Source: an uncultured Verrucomicrobiae bacterium
GTDB lineage: Bacteria > Verrucomicrobiota > Verrucomicrobiia > Chthoniobacterales > UBA10450
Direction of reading: 5' to 3'
NCBI GenBank assembly: GCA_963834385.1
Contig: CAWIBO010000005.1
Coordinates: forward strand, 512,001 to 576,000
DNA length: 64,000 nucleotides
In this document: positions 1 to 10,545 of the stretch, in pieces
Numbering within the stretch: position 1 is the first letter of the stretch
How the letters are laid out: each line of letters opens with the position of its first letter
The notes under the pieces: generated by a model
Database searches by the model: none
The model's input: only the letters and a program-made list of their open reading frames with translations
What the model was told of the DNA's origin: nothing
Position numbers and translations under genes: made by a program

Positions 1-1719
1 GCATGCGGCAGGACATCGTCTTGACCCTGCTCGGCTCGGTTGTCCTGGTCGGCGGCGTTTTCTACGCCGGTTTTCACCGCTGGCTCCCCCTCCTTGGCAT
101 GGGCATCTCGCTGCTTCTCTGCTGCCTGGTCGCTCTCGCCGCCGGTGTTCTCATCTTCGGCGAACTGAACATGGTCACGGTCGGCTTCTGCGCCATCCTC
201 ATCGGGTTGGGCGTCGATTTCGCCATCCTTGTTTATGGCCGCTACCAGCAGGCGCGCGACGAGGGCAAGGAGCGGCCGGAAGCCGTGAGCGAGGCGGCCG
301 GGCGGCCTTCTTCGCGCCATTATTTTCGGCGCCCTCACCACCGCTGTCGGTTTCCTCGCGCTGCTCCTGGCCAATTCCCCGGGGTTCACCCAGCTTGGCG
401 TCCTCATCGCCATCGGCATCGTCTTTGCCGCCATTTGCACCCTGACGGTTTTTTTCATGTTTCTGCCGCGCCGGACGCGCCCGGCAGAGAACGACTGGAT
501 GCTGCGGGCGGTGAAACGCTATGTCACTTTTGCCGTGGACAATCCCAAGCCGGTCCTCGGCCTTTCGGTGCCGCTGCTCCTCGGCCTGGCCATCGTGGCG
601 GTCTCGCCCACCCCGCGGTTGCCCTTCGACGTCAGCACCCGTTCGATGGAGCCGAAAAAGAGCGACGCCGGCTACGCCCTCGCCTCCATCATGGCCCGGA
701 TGCCCACCCGTTGGGAGCCGGTCCTCGGTATTGTCAGGGCCGAAAGCCAGGAGGAACTGCACGCTTTCTGGCAAAAACTCGAGGCCCATTGGGCGCGGCT
801 GCGGGAGGCCGGCAAAATCAAGGATTACTCCACCCCGGCGGCCCTGATCATGTCGCCCGCGCGAATCGAAGCGAACCGGCAACGACTTTCCACCGTCGAT
901 CTCAACGCCGCGGAGAAGACCTTTTCCTCCGCGCTCGACACGGAGGGCTTCAGCCGGGACGCCTTTGCCAGCGGCTTCAAGCTCCTGGAGGAATTGCGGA
1001 CGGCGGCCGATCCGGGGCGCCCTTTGCCGAACTGGCGGGAACAGCTTCCCAAAAGCTCGAGCTGGTGGTTCCTGATCGACCGCTACTTCGGGCATGAGCC
1101 GTTGCTCACCACCGGTTTCGTCACCACCAACCGGCCGGTCGACCAGGCGAACCAGCGCATGCTCCGCCGGGAAATGCCGGTCGAGGGCGTGCCCATGACG
1201 ATGTCGGGCTGGAGTTTTACCCTGGCCGATCTGCTCCCCTGGTCGCGCCGCCAGTTGATCCTGATCAGCGCGCTCATGGCGGTCTTCGAGGCGGGCCTGC
1301 TGGCCATTCTTTACCGCGACTGGCGGCTTTGGCTGATCCAGGTGGCCAGCCTTTTCCTCGCGGTCGCGGCCATGATCGCCTCGATGAAGCTGCTGGCCAT
1401 TCCTCTCAACATTTTGAACGTGCTCGCTTTTCGCCTCGTCCTCGCGATCGGCGTTGACTACGGCATTTACGTCCTGCTCGTCTGGCAAAAAGCGCGGGAT
1501 CTCGAGCACGATGTCGCCGGCATCGTCAAACCGGTCATCATGGCCGGCCTGACCGCGGTGGCCGGCTTTGCCTCCCTCGGCATCGCCAACAATCCCACCT
1601 TGAGCGGCCTCGGCTTTGCCTGCGCCCTCGGGATTTTCTGGAGCCTGGCCACGACGGTCTTCTTTACCCTGCCGGCGGCGGCCGCCGCGGAGCCGAAATT
1701 GCTCGATCGAAAGAAGTAG
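1..1719 (+). CDS. MMPL/RND-family exporter, probably 5'-partial, frameshift near 300
   Basis: Two hydrophobic repeats with GLGVDFAI and AIGVDYGI motifs; the frame of ORF 3.. switches near 300 into the frame of ORF 457..1719 (AIIFGALTTAVGFLALL...). Confidence 0.8.
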
Positions 1720-1733
1720 GCGAAGGAACAGGG

Positions 1734-2396
1734 ATGAAATTCCTCGTCGCCTCCTTTCTCTTTCTGACGTTCTCACTCGCGCAGGCCGAGCCGCTTTCCC
1801 CGTCGGAGTTGAGCGCGCTCCTCGAGCGCATCCGCGGCAAACGGGCCGGAGCCCCGCAGGTCCAGGCCGATTTCAGCGAGGAAAAAAACGTGCGGCTGAT
1901 GAACAAGCCGATTACCAGCAGCGGCAAGGTCTGGTTTCAGGCCCCGAACAAATTCCGTCGGGAAGTCGAAGGAAGCACCCCGAGCATCACCGTGAGCAAT
2001 GGGAGCGATCTTTGGATCTATTACCCGAAATTCAAGTCGGCTGAGCGCTACCAGCTTGGGCGGCGTTCACCGCTTGAGGCCGCGATTGCGACGCTCAACG
2101 CGAGCTTAAACCTGGAAAATGTTGAGCAGAATTATCGCATCTCCGGCGAGAAGACGGCTGAGGGCGGCTACCGCCTGATGCTCCTGCCACGCGCCGGCTC
2201 CATCCGGCGGTTCGTCGAAAAGTTTCATCTCGAGTTGGACCCCGCGCTCGAAGTGAAACGGACCGAGATGATTCAGCCCAAGGGCGACCGCATCGTGACC
2301 ACCTATCGGAACGAATCGCGCGCGCCCATCCCGGCGGAACGTTTTGAGTTCGTTCCCCCGGCAGGGACCGAGGTCACCACCCCCCTCGGAAAATAG
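1734..2396 (+). CDS. lolA: Outer-membrane lipoprotein carrier protein LolA family
   Basis: Signal peptide; ADF.EEK, SGKVWFQAPNKFR, VSNGSDLWIY and F.F.PP.G motifs. Confidence 0.8.
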   Translation: MKFLVASFLFLTFSLAQAEPLSPSELSALLERIRGKRAGAPQVQADFSEEKNVRLMNKPITSSGKVWFQAPNKFRREVEGSTPSITVSNGSDLWIYYPKFKSAERYQLGRRSPLEAAIATLNASLNLENVEQNYRISGEKTAEGGYRLMLLPRAGSIRRFVEKFHLELDPALEVKRTEMIQPKGDRIVTTYRNESRAPIPAERFEFVPPAGTEVTTPLGK

Positions 2397-2453
2397 CGGT
2401 CGCCGGCCTCTTCGGGCTGGACGGGCGCCCGGAAGTTGTCTCACCATACCCGC

Positions 2454-2852
2454 ATGAGTTGGCGAGGGGTTGCCGGCACGCGGGCGCGGTGTTTCTGCAT
2501 CGTCGCTGCCGCTCTCCTCTTTCTCCCGGCGATCGAAGCGGCCGACAAAAGCGTGCCGCCGATCACGTCGCGGATCGAGCGGGTCCCGGTTAAATCGAGT
2601 GCCATCGCTGCGGTCGGCTACAGCAAAAAACTGCGCGCCTTCGAGATCGAATTCCGCAACGGGGCGATCTACCGGCATCTCGAGGTCCCGGCCCGTCTTT
2701 ACCAGGGCTTGCTCGCCGCCGAGTCAAAGGCTTCCTATTATCACCGCCACATTCGCGGGATCTACTATTCGGTCCGGGTGAAGGATGGCCGCCGGGTTGC
2801 CAGCGAGGCCCGCGCCCTCGAGCCCGTCGCTTCCCGCCGGGCGGGCCGGTAA
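2454..2852 (+). CDS. KTSC domain protein with N-terminal signal-like segment
   Basis: VKSSAIAAVGY...LEIEF.NG.IY...VP..Y..L..AESK.SYY...IRG pattern. Confidence 0.8.
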   Translation: MSWRGVAGTRARCFCIVAAALLFLPAIEAADKSVPPITSRIERVPVKSSAIAAVGYSKKLRAFEIEFRNGAIYRHLEVPARLYQGLLAAESKASYYHRHIRGIYYSVRVKDGRRVASEARALEPVASRRAGR

Positions 2853-2986
2853 GGGCTCACCCGATGAGCCGCCTTGTCCTTACCCCGGAAGAGCGAAACA
2901 CGATTCTCTTCGTGGCCGCCCTTTTCCTGGTCGGGCTCGCGGCCCGTCTCTACCGCCAAATGTGATCCAGCCGCTCCGCGCTCGCC

Positions 2987-5191
2987 CTAGGGCAGACTCG
3001 TGCTTTGCGCGCCCTTGACCACGTTCACATCCGCGCCGCTGATCACTCCGCTGACATTTACATCGCTGCGGAAATTCGCCGAGGTGACCGGCTTGCTCTG
3101 CTGGCCCTTGACCAGGTTCACGTCGGCACCGCTGACAACCCGGCTGGCATTCACGTCGCCCAGGAGAACTCCCATCGGAATGGCGAGGTCGCCAGTTGTC
3201 CCCTCCACGGTGATTCCGTTCAGGTTGATCGTGATGACCTGCGCGTTCTGGACCCCGGAAAGACTGATGGTCACCACGGCGCCGTTCACCGCGACGTTGC
3301 TGACGCTGCCGCCCGCCGGCGCCTCCACCGTCACGCTGCCCGGCGGAATCGTGACCGCCCCGGAAAAGGTGACGACCACCGTATGTTCGCCATTGGGCCC
3401 TCCCGAGCGACCCTCGATGCCCGCCTCGCCCAGGAGCGGCAAGGGAACGTCAAAGGTCAGGGCTGGGTTGCCGCCGTGCACCTTGCGCGAAACGGCGCTC
3501 GCCGGCAGCACGCACGAGGTCGCGCCGGCCAGCCGGCTCGCCGTGGTCACTTCCTGAGTTGGCGTGGTGTAACTGATGGTCGGGACGCCGTTCCCGTTCA
3601 GGACAATCTGCATGAAGTCGAGCCGGACGTTGCCCACGATATCAACCAGCTCCTCTTCCCAGACCGGCGTGGCGCTGTCCACGTTTGCCCCGCGCAGATA
3701 ATAAACATACGCATCGCCCTGGCCCGCATCCTCCAGCACCGCGAGATGGATCGTGCCACAGTCGACCACGAAGAATTGCGAAGACCCCGTGTCCCCGCGG
3801 CTCGCGCTGCCATAGCGCGGCAAAGTATGGGTGTAAGCGAAGGTCTTCCCCTGGTTCAGGCTGACGTAAAGCTTATCCCCATGCACGACATAGAGGGTCC
3901 CATTGTTATCGAAAGCCGAGTGGGTCACGACAAAGTCCTCCCCTGGCCCGGGGGCGACCGGGTGCTTCGTCCCGGTCCAGTTCGCCCCGAAATCGCCTGT
4001 CTGGCAGACGTAAAGCGTTCCTTCGACGGTTTCCGACCAATGAAACTTCCGGTCGGTGCCCCAGGCGCCATGGCGTCCCGCCTTTTGCCGCGCAAACAAC
4101 GGATTCGTCACCCGCGTGTCTCCCGGGTCGACTCCCGGTGGATTCGCCGCGGAGGCGTGGCAGACCACATGTTCAGGGCCGCTGCCGTTGTTCCCGACCA
4201 GCGGCGTCTGGATGGGCCAGGTCAGGCCGCCGTCAAAGCTGAAGATGACCGCCGAGCCGATCCGGAACCAGCCCGCCAGGACATACGGCTCGTTGGACGG
4301 CAGCGGGCCGAGCGGGTTGAGGTCGCCGAACGGCCCCAGGTAGGACCAGGTCTGGTCGTTCCCGGCGGATGTCACCGGCACATGCACCACAGTGAAGGTT
4401 TCTCCCGCGTCGTCACTGTGCGCCACGACCACGTCGGCCAGCTCGGTCCCGAAAAAGATCACGTCGTCGCCGAACGCCTGCATGTCGCCCTCGATGCCAT
4501 AGGGAACCGAGGCGTCCACGGGCGGATACTTCTGCACCCACGTCTGGCCTCCGTCTGAACTGCGCTTGATCTTGTTTCCCGTCACCAACACCGGCAAAAG
4601 CACATAGGTGTTGTCGCCGGCGGCGCTCAGATTCCCCTCACAACAGGTGCCGTGGTAAACAATGCTCCAGTTGTCCGACTTCGGCGGTGGCGGCGGCGGC
4701 GGCGTCTCCCCGCCCACGATGGTGGCCACGGCATGATACTGGTCGCCGGCCGTGGCGGCGAAATAGACGACTCGCACCGTGAAAATGCCGGTGCCGTCGA
4801 TGGCCGGGTTGATGTCGGCCCGTTCACTCGTGGAAGGCGGGCCGCCGGTGGAGGAATCGATCAATGGGCCGGTATTTGGATCGCTTCCCTTGTGAATATA
4901 GACGTCGTAATCGTGCGCCAAAACCACCCACGTCACGTCGATCTGGATCTTCTTCCCGGTCCAGTCGCCATCCTGCACGTTCAGCGTGAAGGTGTCGCAA
5001 TTGAACCCTTCCACGCAGGTATCCTCCCCGTTTGAGGTGCCGCCCACCGCCGTCCCATCCCAGACCAGCGGGCTTGAGGTCGGGTTGATCGTGCCGGAGG
5101 TCGGATTGGCCGCGCCCATGCGCAGAACCGAGAAAGCGCACAGCAGCGCGAGCACGAGAAGAGAAGAAGCGAACGTCCAGCGTTTGATCAT
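2987..5191 (-). CDS. Secreted protein: BNR/sialidase-like repeats plus C-terminal dockerin-like domain
   Basis: Signal peptide; SSDGGQTW, SDDAGETF and SFDGGLTW Asp-boxes; poly-Pro linker; duplicated GDVN.S..(V/I)SGADVN.VK C-terminus. Confidence 0.75.
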   Translation of the reverse strand: MIKRWTFASSLLVLALLCAFSVLRMGAANPTSGTINPTSSPLVWDGTAVGGTSNGEDTCVEGFNCDTFTLNVQDGDWTGKKIQIDVTWVVLAHDYDVYIHKGSDPNTGPLIDSSTGGPPSTSERADINPAIDGTGIFTVRVVYFAATAGDQYHAVATIVGGETPPPPPPPKSDNWSIVYHGTCCEGNLSAAGDNTYVLLPVLVTGNKIKRSSDGGQTWVQKYPPVDASVPYGIEGDMQAFGDDVIFFGTELADVVVAHSDDAGETFTVVHVPVTSAGNDQTWSYLGPFGDLNPLGPLPSNEPYVLAGWFRIGSAVIFSFDGGLTWPIQTPLVGNNGSGPEHVVCHASAANPPGVDPGDTRVTNPLFARQKAGRHGAWGTDRKFHWSETVEGTLYVCQTGDFGANWTGTKHPVAPGPGEDFVVTHSAFDNNGTLYVVHGDKLYVSLNQGKTFAYTHTLPRYGSASRGDTGSSQFFVVDCGTIHLAVLEDAGQGDAYVYYLRGANVDSATPVWEEELVDIVGNVRLDFMQIVLNGNGVPTISYTTPTQEVTTASRLAGATSCVLPASAVSRKVHGGNPALTFDVPLPLLGEAGIEGRSGGPNGEHTVVVTFSGAVTIPPGSVTVEAPAGGSVSNVAVNGAVVTISLSGVQNAQVITINLNGITVEGTTGDLAIPMGVLLGDVNASRVVSGADVNLVKGQQSKPVTSANFRSDVNVSGVISGADVNVVKGAQSTSLP

Positions 5192-5324
5192 GAAAATACC
5201 TCCGGCGATGAAGGGGGACGCGCTTGATTCGGTTCAGCCCCCCCCGGCGGTCCCCTGCCCGCCTCTTTTTCTCCAAGGGCTCTTCCCTCGGGCGCTTGGC
5301 ACGGAAAGTTCTTCTCCGGGTGGA

Positions 5325-5684
5325 ATGCGGGTCCTGATTGCCGACGACCAGAAAGGGGTGGCCGACACCCTGGCGGAGTTGGTTCGCCTCTGTCACCACG
5401 ACGTCGTGGAGGTGGTCGGCTCGGGTCTGGACGCCATCCGCGCCTATGGCCGGCACCGGCCCGATGTGGTCCTGATGGACTATTCGATGGCCAACCTGAA
5501 CGGCGCCACCGCCTGTCGCAACATCGTCGCCCGCTACCCGGACGCCCGCGTGATCATGGTGTCCGCCTGGCGTCCCCTCACGGTCTGCGAAGGCTCCGGC
5601 GCGATGGCGATTCTCTCCAAGCCGGTCGATTTCGACGCGCTTTACGCCGCCCTGCACGCGGCCGCGCCGGAAATGCCGGCCTAG
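5325..5684 (+). CDS. Stand-alone response regulator receiver protein
   Basis: MRVLIADD...PDVVLMD..M...NG...SA...KP receiver motifs. Confidence 0.85.
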   Translation: MRVLIADDQKGVADTLAELVRLCHHDVVEVVGSGLDAIRAYGRHRPDVVLMDYSMANLNGATACRNIVARYPDARVIMVSAWRPLTVCEGSGAMAILSKPVDFDALYAALHAAAPEMPA

Positions 5685-6916
5685 GCGGCCTCGAGCTGTT
5701 CCCGCGTGATGCCGCGGAGCTGGAAAAGGCGCAGCAGCGTTTCCTCGATCAAATTGTTGGGGCAGGAGGCCCCTGCGGTGATGCCGACCACCGTCGGCAA
5801 TTGCGGCAGCCAGTCTTTCGCCACCACTTCCTGTTTCTGGTGCAGGTCGTAGTGCAGGATCTCGCCCTCGGAAAGAAGCCGCGACGCATTCAGGACAAAA
5901 TAGGTCGGCAGCTTTTCCTCGCCCATCTCGGCCAGGTGCGAGGTGTTTGAGCTGTTGTAACCGCCCACCACCAGGAGCAGATCAAGCGGCACGTCCAGCA
6001 GCTCGCGCAACGCGTCCTGCCTTTCCTGTGTCGCCCCGCAAATCGTGTCGAAGAACCGAAAGTTCTTGTCCGCCCCGTCCGCCCCGTCGCGATCGATGAT
6101 GGCCTGCCGGATCCGGCGCTGCACCTCCTCGGTTTCCCCCCGCAACATCGTGGTCTGGTTGGCCACTCCCACGGTCTTCAGGTGGATATCGGGATCAAAC
6201 CCGGGCGAATGCGCGCCCTCAAACCGCTGCAGAAACTCTGCCTTGTTCCCACCGCGCCGGATGTAATCACAAACGTAATCCGTGTCGGCCAGCGTCAGCA
6301 CCACCAGATAATGACCCTGCCCGGTGCCCAGGGCGCGCGAGCTGGTCGCCTTGGTCTCCTCGTGCTCCGCCTTCCCGTGAATGATGGAGGTGGCGGATTC
6401 ACTGGCGTATTTGCGCACGCGCTTCCACACACTCATGACGTCGCCGCAGGTGGTATCGACGATCTGGCAGCCCCGGTTCTTGATCTCGTTCAACGTCGAA
6501 ACCTCGGTCCCGAAAGCCGGGACAATGACCACATCCTCCGGCCGCAGATCGGAGATCTCGGCCTGCTTGGTTTTTCCCATCAGGTTCTTGATCCCAAGCG
6601 ACGAGATCTGCTCGTTCACCTCGGGGTTGTGAATGATCTCGCCCAGGATGAAGAGGCGCCGGTCCTTGAACACCTTGCGCGCCGCGTATGCCAGGTCGAT
6701 GGCCCGCTCCACCCCGTAGCAAAAGCCGAACTGCTTGGCCAGGCGGACGGTCATCCCACCCACGGAAATGATGTTCCCGGTCCGGCGAATCTTGTCGACG
6801 ATATCGCTCCGGTAATGGGTCTCGACCTGTTCCTGCACCGCCGCCATCACGTCCGGCGTGCGCAGGTTGACCTTTTCGCGCGCGGTCGTGCCGCTGGAGA
6901 TCAGGTTGGTGCTCAT
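5681..6916 (-). CDS. ispH: 4-hydroxy-3-methylbut-2-enyl diphosphate reductase
   Basis: FGFCYGV, IIHNP, DTTC, NQTT, DTICGATQERQ, SSNT and GITAGASCP motifs. Confidence 0.95.
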   Translation of the reverse strand: MSTNLISSGTTAREKVNLRTPDVMAAVQEQVETHYRSDIVDKIRRTGNIISVGGMTVRLAKQFGFCYGVERAIDLAYAARKVFKDRRLFILGEIIHNPEVNEQISSLGIKNLMGKTKQAEISDLRPEDVVIVPAFGTEVSTLNEIKNRGCQIVDTTCGDVMSVWKRVRKYASESATSIIHGKAEHEETKATSSRALGTGQGHYLVVLTLADTDYVCDYIRRGGNKAEFLQRFEGAHSPGFDPDIHLKTVGVANQTTMLRGETEEVQRRIRQAIIDRDGADGADKNFRFFDTICGATQERQDALRELLDVPLDLLLVVGGYNSSNTSHLAEMGEEKLPTYFVLNASRLLSEGEILHYDLHQKQEVVAKDWLPQLPTVVGITAGASCPNNLIEETLLRLFQLRGITREQLEAA

Positions 6917-6984
6917 AAGCCCCAACTATGCCGTCAACGGGCACATTTTTCCAGTGCCCCGCGCCCGCCCGCCTTTTTCGGGCT

Positions 6985-7599
6985 TCAACCCTCGACCAGG
7001 AGCGGACCTTCCGGATCCTGGAACCACGAGGGCGACATCATCTTGGACCGCGGCGGATCGGGGTCGCCGCTCTGGTCAAGCCGGCGCACCAGGTGCCCGA
7101 ATTTTTCGTCTTCCGGCTGGCTCTGCGAGATGTTGACCGGCGTCCCTGATTTCACCAAAGCAAAGAGGCGGGCCGCCGCCTCGCGATGCAACCGGATGCA
7201 GCCGTGCGTGCGCGGCACCGGATGGACAAACCCCTCGTGAAAGCCGTAAGCGGGCTTGAACTCGCACCAGTAACCCATCGGGTATCCCGCGTCCGGCTGG
7301 CTGATCCGGCGCTTGTTCTTGATCTTTTTGTAGATCGTAAAGTTTCCGCGCGGGGTCGGGTTTTTCGGCGTGCCGACGTTTCCCTGCACGGCCATGAGAA
7401 GGCGTTCGCCCTCCATGACGTAGACGTTCTGGGTCGAGAGGGAGAGTTTTACCCGCACGTTATCGGGGTTGTTCGGTTTGTAGGCCGTCACACGGTAGGA
7501 GCCGCCGGTCGAGACGGTCGAGGTGGTGCCGCAACCGGTCACCATGAAAGCCGTCGCCGCGGCCAGGATAAGGATAAGGGGGGAGAAGAGTCGTCGCAT
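6985..7599 (-). CDS. L,D-transpeptidase family lipoprotein (YkuD)
   Basis: Lipobox VTGC; TPRGNF, GFHEG and THGCIRL motifs. Confidence 0.85.
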   Translation of the reverse strand: MRRLFSPLILILAAATAFMVTGCGTTSTVSTGGSYRVTAYKPNNPDNVRVKLSLSTQNVYVMEGERLLMAVQGNVGTPKNPTPRGNFTIYKKIKNKRRISQPDAGYPMGYWCEFKPAYGFHEGFVHPVPRTHGCIRLHREAAARLFALVKSGTPVNISQSQPEDEKFGHLVRRLDQSGDPDPPRSKMMSPSWFQDPEGPLLVEG

Positions 7600-7634
7600 A
7601 ACGCTTCTCATTTGAAGAGGGAGCGCCCCTCTTG

Positions 7635-8654
7635 TCAACCCGAACGCTCGCCGGCCAGGCGCCGCCGCTTGTGTTGCAGCGGCCGGGCCGGGTCGCCTCC
7701 CTGCGCCAGTTGACGGTCGAGTTTGCGCCATTCGCCCGCGTAGGACGGATAACGCGCCGCCGTCTGGGTCGGCTTGTAGCGCCAATGCTTGTACATCCAG
7801 AGCCACGAACCCGGGTCGTTTCGCACCGCCGCCTCAAAACGATCCCAGCAGGCCTGCGCGATCTCTTCCACGGTCGCCTCCGGTGCCGGCGCGAGCGGCG
7901 GCAGGACCACCAGCCGGCGACGGCCGTCGGGCAGTTGTTCGCAGAAAAGGGGCACGATCGCGGCGCCCGTGTGCTGGTGCAGCCAGGCGTGCGCAAAGGT
8001 CACACAGGTCTTGAGTCCGAAACAATCGACGGCCACGAACGGCTCCGTCGTCTTCGGGGCCAGGTCGCTCAGGATGGCCACGGTTCGGCCCCCTTTCAGC
8101 GCCTTGAACATTTTCATGATCGCCCGTTCCCGGCCGGTCACCTGGTGACCCGCCCGCTCCCGGATCCTGGTGAAGACCGCCCCCAGATACGGGTTCTTCG
8201 ATTCCTGCGCCACGATCAGGAGCGGATAACCGGCGAGGCCCATCGCCAGGGCGGCCGCCTCCCAGTCGCCGAAATGGAACGTCACCGTGATCAAGCCCCG
8301 CGACCGGTCGATCCCCGCCAATGCCTCCTCCAGGTTCACCACCTCGAAATTCTCGGAAAAATTCTGCCGGTCGACCCGGGCCGACCAGAGCAGGTGAATC
8401 ATGGCGCGAGCGAAGTTCTGGTAAGATTCCCGCGCCAGCCGTCGGCGCTCCGCCGGTGAAAACCGGTCGCCGAAGGCAACCTCGAGATTCTCCAGTGCGA
8501 CGGCGCGTCCGCTCCGGTGCGCCGCCGCAACCAGCGCCCCGAGCCATCCGCCAAGGCGATGCGCTCCCCCGCGCGAGAGCAGCGGCACCAGCCGGACCGC
8601 GAGCTCCATCGCGATCCATTCCAGCAGCCAGCGCGCTTTTCGCAGGGAGGGCAT
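7635..8654 (-). CDS. Lipid A biosynthesis (lauroyl) acyltransferase family
   Basis: HFGDWE catalytic motif and WLWMYKHWR C-terminal motif. Confidence 0.85.
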   Translation of the reverse strand: MPSLRKARWLLEWIAMELAVRLVPLLSRGGAHRLGGWLGALVAAAHRSGRAVALENLEVAFGDRFSPAERRRLARESYQNFARAMIHLLWSARVDRQNFSENFEVVNLEEALAGIDRSRGLITVTFHFGDWEAAALAMGLAGYPLLIVAQESKNPYLGAVFTRIRERAGHQVTGRERAIMKMFKALKGGRTVAILSDLAPKTTEPFVAVDCFGLKTCVTFAHAWLHQHTGAAIVPLFCEQLPDGRRRLVVLPPLAPAPEATVEEIAQACWDRFEAAVRNDPGSWLWMYKHWRYKPTQTAARYPSYAGEWRKLDRQLAQGGDPARPLQHKRRRLAGERSG

Positions 8655-8701
8655 GAGCAGATCAACTCACTTCCCGCGGCCTTGAGCAAGCGGCGGTTTT
8701 T

Positions 8702-8729
8702 TTGACTTGGCTCTGATTAAACTTAGTTT
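8702..8729 (+). promoter_or_regulatory. Possible sigma70 promoter for the phosphatase-glyA unit
   Basis: TTGACT-N16-TAGTTT in an AT-rich divergent intergenic gap. Confidence 0.35.
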
Positions 8730-8761
8730 GCGCAATTGGGCGCGGGCGCGCCCGGTTCCTT

Positions 8762-9240
8762 GTGAAAAGCGTTCTCTTCGTCTGCACCGGTAACATCTGC
8801 CGCAGCCCCATGGCCGAGGGGCTTTTTCGCCAGATGCTCGGGCGCCGCTCGGACATCGAAGTGGCTTCCGCCGGCGTTCACGCCGTCCGCGGCCAGCCGC
8901 CCAGCCTCTACGCGGTCCAGGTCCTCGAGGAGGAGGGCATCGACATCCGCGGGTTCCGTTCCCAGCCGCTCACCGCCGAGCTGGTCGACCGGGCCACGCA
9001 CATTTTTGCCATGACGGGCGCGCATCTCGAGACCATTCACATGCTTTTCCCCCAGGGCGCCGAGAAGTCCTTTCTCCTCCGGGAATTCGAGGAGGCCGGG
9101 ACCACGGTCTGGCGCGATCTGCCCGACCCGATCGGACTCGGCCGCGACACTTACAGCAGCTGCGCCCGTACCATCAAAAGCGCTTTACCGAGCGTGCTCG
9201 CGTTCGTAGAACAGGGCGAGCTGGCGGTCCCCGCCGGAAC
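8762..9240 (+). CDS. Low-molecular-weight protein Tyr/Arg phosphatase domain, probably fused to GlyA
   Basis: VLFVCTGNICRSPMAE P-loop and DLPDPIG; no stop codon before the glyA start. Confidence 0.85.
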
Positions 9241-9269
9241 ACGCGACCGGCGGCACTTCTTCCATTCCC

Positions 9270-10540
9270 ATGAGCAACCCTTCTTCTTCATCTTCCCCCG
9301 GGCAGGGAGCCTCCCTGCGCGCCGGGGATCCGGAGATCTATCAAGGCTGTGCAGGCCGAGGAACAGCGGCAGCGCGAGAACATCGAGCTCATCGCCTCGG
9401 AAAATTTTACCAGCCGCGCGGTCATGGAAGCCCAGGGCAGCGTGCTCACGAACAAATATGCCGAGGGCTACCCCGGCAAACGCTGGTACGGCGGCTGCGA
9501 AAATGTCGACACGGTGGAACAGCTCGCCATCGACCGCGCCAAACGCCTCTTCGGTGCCGAACACGCCAACGTCCAGCCGCACAGCGGCGCCCAGGCCAAC
9601 ATGGCGGTCTACTTTTCCGCCCTCCAGGTCGGCGACCGCATCCTGACCATGAACCTTGCCCACGGTGGCCATCTTACCCACGGGCATCCCGCCAATTTCT
9701 CCGGCAAGTTTTACGAGGTCACGCATTACGGCGTGGATGAAAAAACCGAGCGGATCGATTACGACGCCCTTGCCCGGCTGGCGGAACAATCGAAGCCCGC
9801 CATGATCACTGCCGGCGCTTCCGCCTACCCGCGCCTCCTCGATTATCCGCGGCTGCGCCAGATCGCCGATGAAGTGGGCGCGCTTCTCTTCGTCGACATG
9901 GCGCATATCGCCGGCCTCGTCGCCGGCGGTCAGCATCCGAGCCCGGTGCCGCATGCGCATTACGTTACCACCACCACGCACAAGAGCCTGCGCGGGCCGC
10001 GCGGCGGGATCGTCCTTTGCCGGGAACAATATGGCAAGGCCATCGATTCCATGCTTTTCCCCGGGGTCCAGGGCGGACCGCTCATGCATGTCATCGCGGC
10101 CAAGGCGGTCTGCTTTCACGAGGCGCTCCAGCCCGCGTTTCCAGGATTACCAGCGCCAGGTGGTCGTCAACGCCAAGGCGCTCGCCGCCGGCCTCGCCAA
10201 GCACGGTTTCCGGATCGTTTCCGGCGGCACCGATAACCATCTCATGCTGGTCGATCTGCGCCCAAAGGAAATCAACGGCCGCCAGGCCCAGGAAAGTCTC
10301 GATCGCGCCGGCATCACGGTGAACAAGAACGCCATTCCCTTCGACACCTACCCGATCTTCAAGCCCGGCGGCATCCGCATCGGCACCCCCGCCGTCACCA
10401 CCCGCGGCATGAAGGAGGAGGAGATGCTCGAGATCGCCGATCTCATCGCCGAGGCCCTCCAGGGCCGCGAAGACGCCGCCGCGCTCGAGCGCGTCCGCGG
10501 CAAGGTCCGCGCGCTCACCAGCCGCTTCCCCGTCCCCTAG
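9270..10540 (+). CDS. glyA: Serine hydroxymethyltransferase (frameshifts near 9345 and 10140)
   Basis: [42 protein letters not shown] and GIRIGTPA motifs across three frames. Confidence 0.95.
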
Positions 10541-10545
10541 GCCAC

